A stretch of 64,000 nucleotides of DNA, taken from Thecamonas trahens ATCC 50062 (taxonomy: Eukaryota > Protista > Apusomonadida). The stretch lies in contig NW_013657632.1 of the NCBI RefSeq assembly GCF_000142905.1, positions 221,057 through 285,056 of the forward strand, written 5' to 3'. The translations under genes were made by a program, and so were the position numbers. A model generated the notes under the pieces. The model did no database searches, was not told where the DNA came from, and worked only from the letters and a program-made list of their open reading frames with translations. Every line of letters begins with the position of its first letter. The first letter of the stretch is position 1. Positions 58,404-64,000 of this stretch are shown piece by piece.

Positions 58404-59090
58404 CCATTGATTGATCATGGGCTCACACCATACCATTGATTAATCATGGGCTCACACCATACCATTGATTGATCATGGGCTCACACCATACCATTGATTA
58501 ATCATGGGCTCACACCATACCATTGATTGATCATGGGCTCACACCATACCATTGATTGACTCATGGGCTCACACCATACCATCGTCTGTAGGCACAGTGT
58601 TGATTGATCATGGGCTCACACCATACCATTGATTAATCATGGGCTCATCCACCCTACCATTGATTGATCATGGGCTCACACCATACCATTGATTGATCAT
58701 GGGCTCACACCATACCATTGATTAATCATGGGCTCACACCATACCATTGATTGATCATGGGCTCACACCATACCATTGATTGATCATGGGCTCACACCAT
58801 ACCATTGATTGATCATGGGCTCACACCATACCATTGATTGATCATGGGCTCACACCATACCATTGATTGATCATGGGCTCACACCATACCATTGATTGAT
58901 CATGGGCTCACACCATACCATTGATTGATCATGGGCTCACACCATACCATTGATTGATCATGGGCTCACACCATACCATTGATTGATCATGGGCTCACAC
59001 CATACCATTGATTGATCATGGGCTCACACCATACCATTGATTAATCATGGGCTCACACCATACCATTGATTAATCATGGGCTCACACCAT
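58404..59090. repeat. AT-rich tandem array, 29-bp unit CCATTGATT(G/A)ATCATGGGCTCACACCATA, ~23 copies
   Basis: Exact periodicity with a G/A variant; one 18-bp interruption at 58583-58600. Confidence 0.97.
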
Positions 59091-59200
59091 CAATTAATCG
59101 TTGGACTGTTTGGCGCCAACCTCCCCCCGTCCCCCCCACCGCCCCTCGCCCCTCCCCCATCCCACAGACAACAGTCACTCCTCTTGGTCGGCACAGGGCC

Positions 59201-60864
59201 ATGGAGCTACGGTCCATGCTCGATGACGCCTCGCTGCGTGGGACAGTCGTCACTATGGCTGCGCCCGAAGCCAACAAGCCACGCAAGACCTCCTCATGGC
59301 TCCGTCCACCCGCAGGCGCCTCCCGCCCGTCGTCTGCGCCGGCTGCCCGCGGTGGGAGCAAGTGGCTCCGTCCCCGCGGCTCAGCCTCGTCTGCTGCATC
59401 CTCCCGCCGCTCCTCGACCGCATCTTCACGCCGCTCGTCTGTTCTTGACGAGGCAGAGACTCTTGATGACTTTCTGGCAGACGACGACGATGCCACCGCT
59501 GCCGCCGGCACGGCCGCTGCCGCCGATGCTGACGCTCCGCGCTCTGGCAAGTGGTGGCTAAAGGACAGCGGACGCAGTTCCGGCAACGCGTCGGCCCGAT
59601 CGGCTGCCTCGGCGACCTCTTCTGCCACTTCCAGACCGGCTTATGCCTGGGAGCGCCATGCCGGTCCGTCAGCGCCGAGCTCGGCCCGCTCGGCCGGTGC
59701 ATCCAAGTGGCTCAAGCCGGCAGCCGCGCCAGCAGCTGACCCGTCGGTCGCGTCGGCTTCGGCCTCGACTTCGGCCTCGGCATCGTCTGTCGAGATTGTG
59801 GCCTCAGCGGACTCCTCACCGCCTCCATCGGTAGACTCGAGCTCGCGGGCAGCGTCGAGCGGTAGCGGCAGCGCGAGCACCTTGCCACCAACCGACGACG
59901 GCGCCGGCTCGAGCGCAGCGTCGCCGCCACCCACTCCGAATGCAAGCTCGGACGCCGGCGAGTCGGCCTCGTCGTCGTTCACCTCATCGTCACCGGCGCC
60001 GGCGATTGTCCTCGACATCAACGAGCTCGATGACGCCTCGTCTGAGCCGGCGTCGTCGCCAGGCCCCGGCCTGCTTGGGGCGGCAACGTGGTCCTCGACA
60101 TCTCAAATCTGGAGTCGGACGGCGAGCTTGTGGATGAAGTTGCGTCCGAGCTGTCGTCTGTGGCGGCGTCGGAGGTTGCGTCTGCGACGTCGATGACGTC
60201 CGAGGCGCTTGCACCTGCACCGCCTGCCGTGCAGCGCTCCGCTCCAACTTCTGCTGCCGATGCGCACGCCCAGACTGAGCTGGCGGCGTATCTCCGGCCG
60301 ATTCGACAGGGCCCGCGGGTCTCGACGGCTGCCATCCTCGCCGCGGCGTCAACCCATGTATGCTCCGGCCACGAGTCGTGCGGCTGCCTGCCCACCAAGC
60401 CTTCGACCCGCGACGCCGCCATGTCTGCCGCCTCCGAAGCGCTGGTCAACGAGCCGCCGCTGGTATCGCGCGGCGTCCTCCCACCGAGCGCCCTCTCGGG
60501 CGTCGTCGGCTACTTGCCCAACGTCGCAGCCTCTGAGGCTCTCTTTAAGCGTCAGCTCCACGTCATCCGCAACAACATCGAGACCGCCCGCTACCTCGCC
60601 GAGCGCGAGACGGGGCCGCGCCCCGCCTCCAACTTTGCCTACACTACCCTTGCCGAGACCAAGATGTACATGGCTCGTAAGAGAGCCGAGCGCCAAGCCG
60701 TGCGCGATGCCAAGGCCAAGGCCAAAGCCAAAGCCAAGGCCAAGGCCAAGGCCAAGGCCAAGGCCAAGGCCAAGGCCAAAGCCAAAGCCAAGCGCAAGCG
60801 AACCATCGGCCATGATCCGTCGTCGCCGTCCAAAGCGCGACGGTCCAAGCGGCGAAAGCCATAA
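59201..60864 (+). CDS. Ser/Ala-rich protein with C-terminal DUF4614/C19orf44-like domain and (AK)n tail; -1 frame break at ~60057-60085
   Basis: LFKRQLHVIRNNIETARYL...YTTLAETKMYMARKR resembles the C19orf44 C-terminus as I recall it. Two ORFs overlap at a -1 offset. Confidence 0.6.
60709..60792 (+). repeat. Coding (GCCAAG/GCCAAA)n repeat encoding (AK)x~14
   Basis: Visible hexamer repeat. Confidence 0.9.
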
Positions 60865-61022
60865 AACCTGCTCTCCTCCCCTGCCCGGCAGTCACCGTCA
60901 CCAGCGCGTGTCGCCCGCGCACACGATCCGACCAGACACCCTTTCCCAGCCCCCACGACCACGCCGCTGCTTGCCTTGGCACCCCCGTCGCACGGCACAC
61001 ACGACTCCAACAAGGCTCAGCA

Positions 61023-62599
61023 ATGGTGGATATCCTTCTGACGGACCCACAGAAGCGGCGACTGAGCGAGTGGCGGTATCGGTCCCAGGGACGGACACTT
61101 ACGGACGTTGTCTTTGGCCCTCTGTGGGACGTGCTTGTCCGACTCGTGCCGGCGACGGTCGCACCGAATGTGCTCACCTTGGCTGGCCTCCTCTGTGTCT
61201 GTCATGCTCTCTATCTATGTGTTCTGCACATGGAGACGGCGCCCAAGATGACGGCTGCCATTGCCTCGTTTCTCCTCTTTGCCTACCAGTGCCTCGCGGC
61301 ATCGATGGCCGCCACGCCCGGGCCACACGCAACGACTCGCCGCTGGGCGAGCTCTTCGACTACGCTTGCGCCAACCTCGGTGGCATCTTCCTCGCCCTTA
61401 CCCTCGCCTATGTCGCCGGGGTCACCCAAACCTCCACGCTGTGGTACATGTCGCAGGCCTTTGGCCTTGCCTATCTGCTCTGGCATCTCCGCGGCCTCGC
61501 CACCGGCACCCTCCACTGGGGCTTCACCACCGGCCCGGGCGAGGCTCTTTTTGCCATCATCGCCTTTGTCGCCACCCGCGCCATTGTTGGCGTTGATGCC
61601 GTTGCCGCGGCCTGGTCGCACGCGGTTGACGCGGTCCTCGTTCCGAGCATCAACGCTGTTGCCCACTGGGCTGCCACCGTGGACATCTCGGTCGCCGTCG
61701 GTGCTACCAAGGTCGCCTACGTCGAGGCGGCTCGCCTTCGGGCGCTGGAGCTGCTGCAAGATACCGATGCGCTGCTCGAGGCTGTCGCCTTTGGCGTCTA
61801 CGTCGTCCTGGTTGTCAGCGTTGCTGTCTACGCCGTACTTGCGATCCCCAGCGAGCGGTCGGCGACCCGCAACGGCATGCTGCTCTGCCTCCTCTACGGG
61901 GCCCTGATGCCGTCGCTTCACTCGTGGCTTAACGCCTCGCTCTTCATCGAGCCCGGCGACGTCTCGCTCCATGCCATCATCTTTGACGGTGCCATGCTCT
62001 CGGTCCTCACCACCGACGTGGTTGTGGCCAAGATGGCCGGCCGCGACCTGCACCCGTGGGTGGTTGTCTTCTTTATGGTCGGCTCGTTCGACCACTTTGT
62101 GTGTGGCGCGCTCGCTGGCGCCTACTTTGTGCTCATCTTTTGGGAGGTGTGCGAGGCAACCCACCTCCCGATGTTTACCACCGTCATCAACGTCTACGTC
62201 GACGGCGTCTACGACCTCATGCACTACGGTCACCTCCGCGTTCTGCGCGCTGCGCTCTCGTTCGGCTCGCACCTCATCGTTGGTGTCGTCGGCGATGCCT
62301 CCGTCAACCAGTACAAGCACCGCACCCCGGTCATGTCGCTCGACGAGCGCGTTTCCGCCGTCCGCGCCTCGGGCCTCGCCACCCGAGTCATTCCGGACTC
62401 GCCGTGCTTTGGCCTCTCTGAAGAGTTCATCCTTGAGAACCACATCCACCTCGTGGTCCACTCGGTCGAGTACGAGACGGAAGACGACATCTACTACCGC
62501 GTCCCGCGTGCCATGGGCATCACACGTGTCCTCCCGCGCACCGAGGGCATCTCCACCTCGGAGCTCATCCGCCGCATCCGTACCCGGGACGATCTCTAG
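61023..62599 (+). CDS. Fusion of CDP-alcohol (choline/ethanolamine) phosphotransferase and cytidylyltransferase; -1 frame break at 61296/61297
   Basis: VAPNVLTL and YQCL[D]GIDGRHARATRNDSPLGELFD. C-terminal VYVDGVYDLMHYGH, LIVGV and RTEGISTSELIRRI. Confidence 0.9.
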
Positions 62600-62812
62600 T
62601 TAATGTATTCACACGACATCAGTAGAGGGTGCGATGTTTGCCCTCTTCTCCTCCCCCCCCCCCCCCCCCCTCCTTTCATCGATCTGACTGTTGGGGGCCT
62701 CTCAGCTGACCCAAATCGGACCAAAGCCAACACCGCCAGCGCCACGTGACGCAAGTGACACACCCGTCCGACCACCGCTCTCCACCCCGCTGCCACCCTC
62801 GCCCCACCCGGG

Positions 62813-64000
62813 ATGACTACCACTCCAACCGGAGGCAGTAGAGAGGGCGGGATGGATGGTTCGACATCCCGACGAAGCTCTGTGTACTCGTTCCCTCTCT
62901 TCCAGTGCTCACCAACGGTAGCCCTGGCTACCGATGGTCCTGCTGCTGCCATGCCCGTCCTCACCGTCGTCGCTCGCGGAGGCATCGACTCACACGCCTT
63001 TACCGCAGCCGCCACAAGCAATGGTACGATTTCTATAAGACGTGCTCTCTAACCCCCCCCCCCCCCCCCCCCTCCCCCTCTCCCTCTCCTCTTCCCCTGC
63101 CTCCATCCCCCTTCTCCTCACCACCCTCCACCCTCCTCTTCCACATCGACAGGCTTTCTCATTGTCCAGTATCAGGGCCTGGCAGCACCGGCACCGCTCT
63201 CACGTCGCATTCCATGGCCGACTACACCTGGTATTGCTGCGCTCACCTTTGATCCCATTGCTATGTGGCTTGTCGTGGCTGGAGTCGATGGCTCGCTGAC
63301 TCTGGTGCCAGTCATGGCGCTTCTTGTTCCGGCTCTGTTTGAACAGATCGTGGGCGCGCCGCCAGCAGCCTTTGCCGACACGCCTGATACGGCTGGTGGG
63401 TCGGGCGCGACTCGTGCTGTGCGAACAAGTGGGCCAAGCGCCGCACTGCTAGGGTCGGAGCTCGAGCCGGAGCCGGTCGAGACGCCGCAGATCCGCGAGC
63501 GGACGGCGTCACTCCCGTCGCTGCAGGCCTACGCCGACGCCATCGGCACTTCGTCGCCGGCCGCTGACCGCGCCCGGGCTAAGGGTGCCGGGCATAAGTC
63601 AGCTCGCGCCCGCGCTGCCGCTCGTGACCCGTACGGAGCAGCGCTGGCGGCGCTTGCGCCGTCGGACGCCGCCACCCACATGCCGGCGTCACAGCTCGGG
63701 ACCGGGGCACCCAGCAGCACCGGGACTGGTCTCGGCGCCGGGAGTGTGAGTGAGCGCCCGGGCACGCCGTCACGAACTGCGCCCAGCGCGCTGATCTGGT
63801 GGGATGCATGGGACGGTGCGCACTATGCCGTTATGGCCAACGGCGCCGGACAGCTGTCGTTTGTTGACCTCTGCGGCCGGCGGGAGGCGGCCGGCATCCG
63901 GCTAGTGGCCGTCGTCTCGTCGTTGCACCTTGTTCACGACTCGCACCAGGGTTTCCGCTACCTGCTCATGTCGTCAGCAGCGAGCGGGACGTTCCGGCTT
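62813..64000 (+). CDS. 5' part of a beta-propeller-like protein (runs off right edge); intron 63024-63152
   Basis: The GTACGA...CAG intron joins exon 1 to a frame open to 64000 (IAALTFDPIAMWLVVAGVDGSLTLVP; LIWWDAWDG...GQLSFVDL). Confidence 0.7.

Noticed and set aside
58404-59090. CRISPR array (also considered for 9623-9929)
   Set aside because: Units are head-to-tail without unique spacers, there are no cas genes, and the context is eukaryotic.

Overview
Gene-dense, GC-rich nuclear DNA from a unicellular eukaryote. It has spliceosomal GT-AG introns, polyubiquitin, RPS2, a Prp16 helicase and centrosome/flagellum-type genes. The composition and compactness remind me of an apusomonad such as Thecamonas, but that is an unverified impression. 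It is a draft assembly with four N-gaps. I can support about 32 protein-coding genes and 10 introns, and I found no rRNA, tRNA, CRISPR array or transposase. Family assignments come from motif recognition, not database searches. Main observations: (1) nine reading-frame breaks in eight genes, all -1 (one base missing); the two sites that conserved motifs pin to a single base both need an A in CG^C on the coding strand. Assembly error is the null, and insertional editing or frameshifting are the alternatives. (2) Two related AT-rich, CpG-free tandem arrays (40-bp and 29-bp units) 49 kb apart, each just upstream of a gene and built from TGATT(G/A)AT motifs. (3) A CDP-alcohol phosphotransferase-cytidylyltransferase fusion. 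(4) A polyubiquitin whose last unit lacks the Gly-Gly. (5) Two receptor-like proteins sharing a Cys-rich + multi-TM module but carrying different ectodomains (FG-GAP vs LRR). (6) A dominant GTACG splice donor. (7) Convergent stop codons only 14-40 bp apart.
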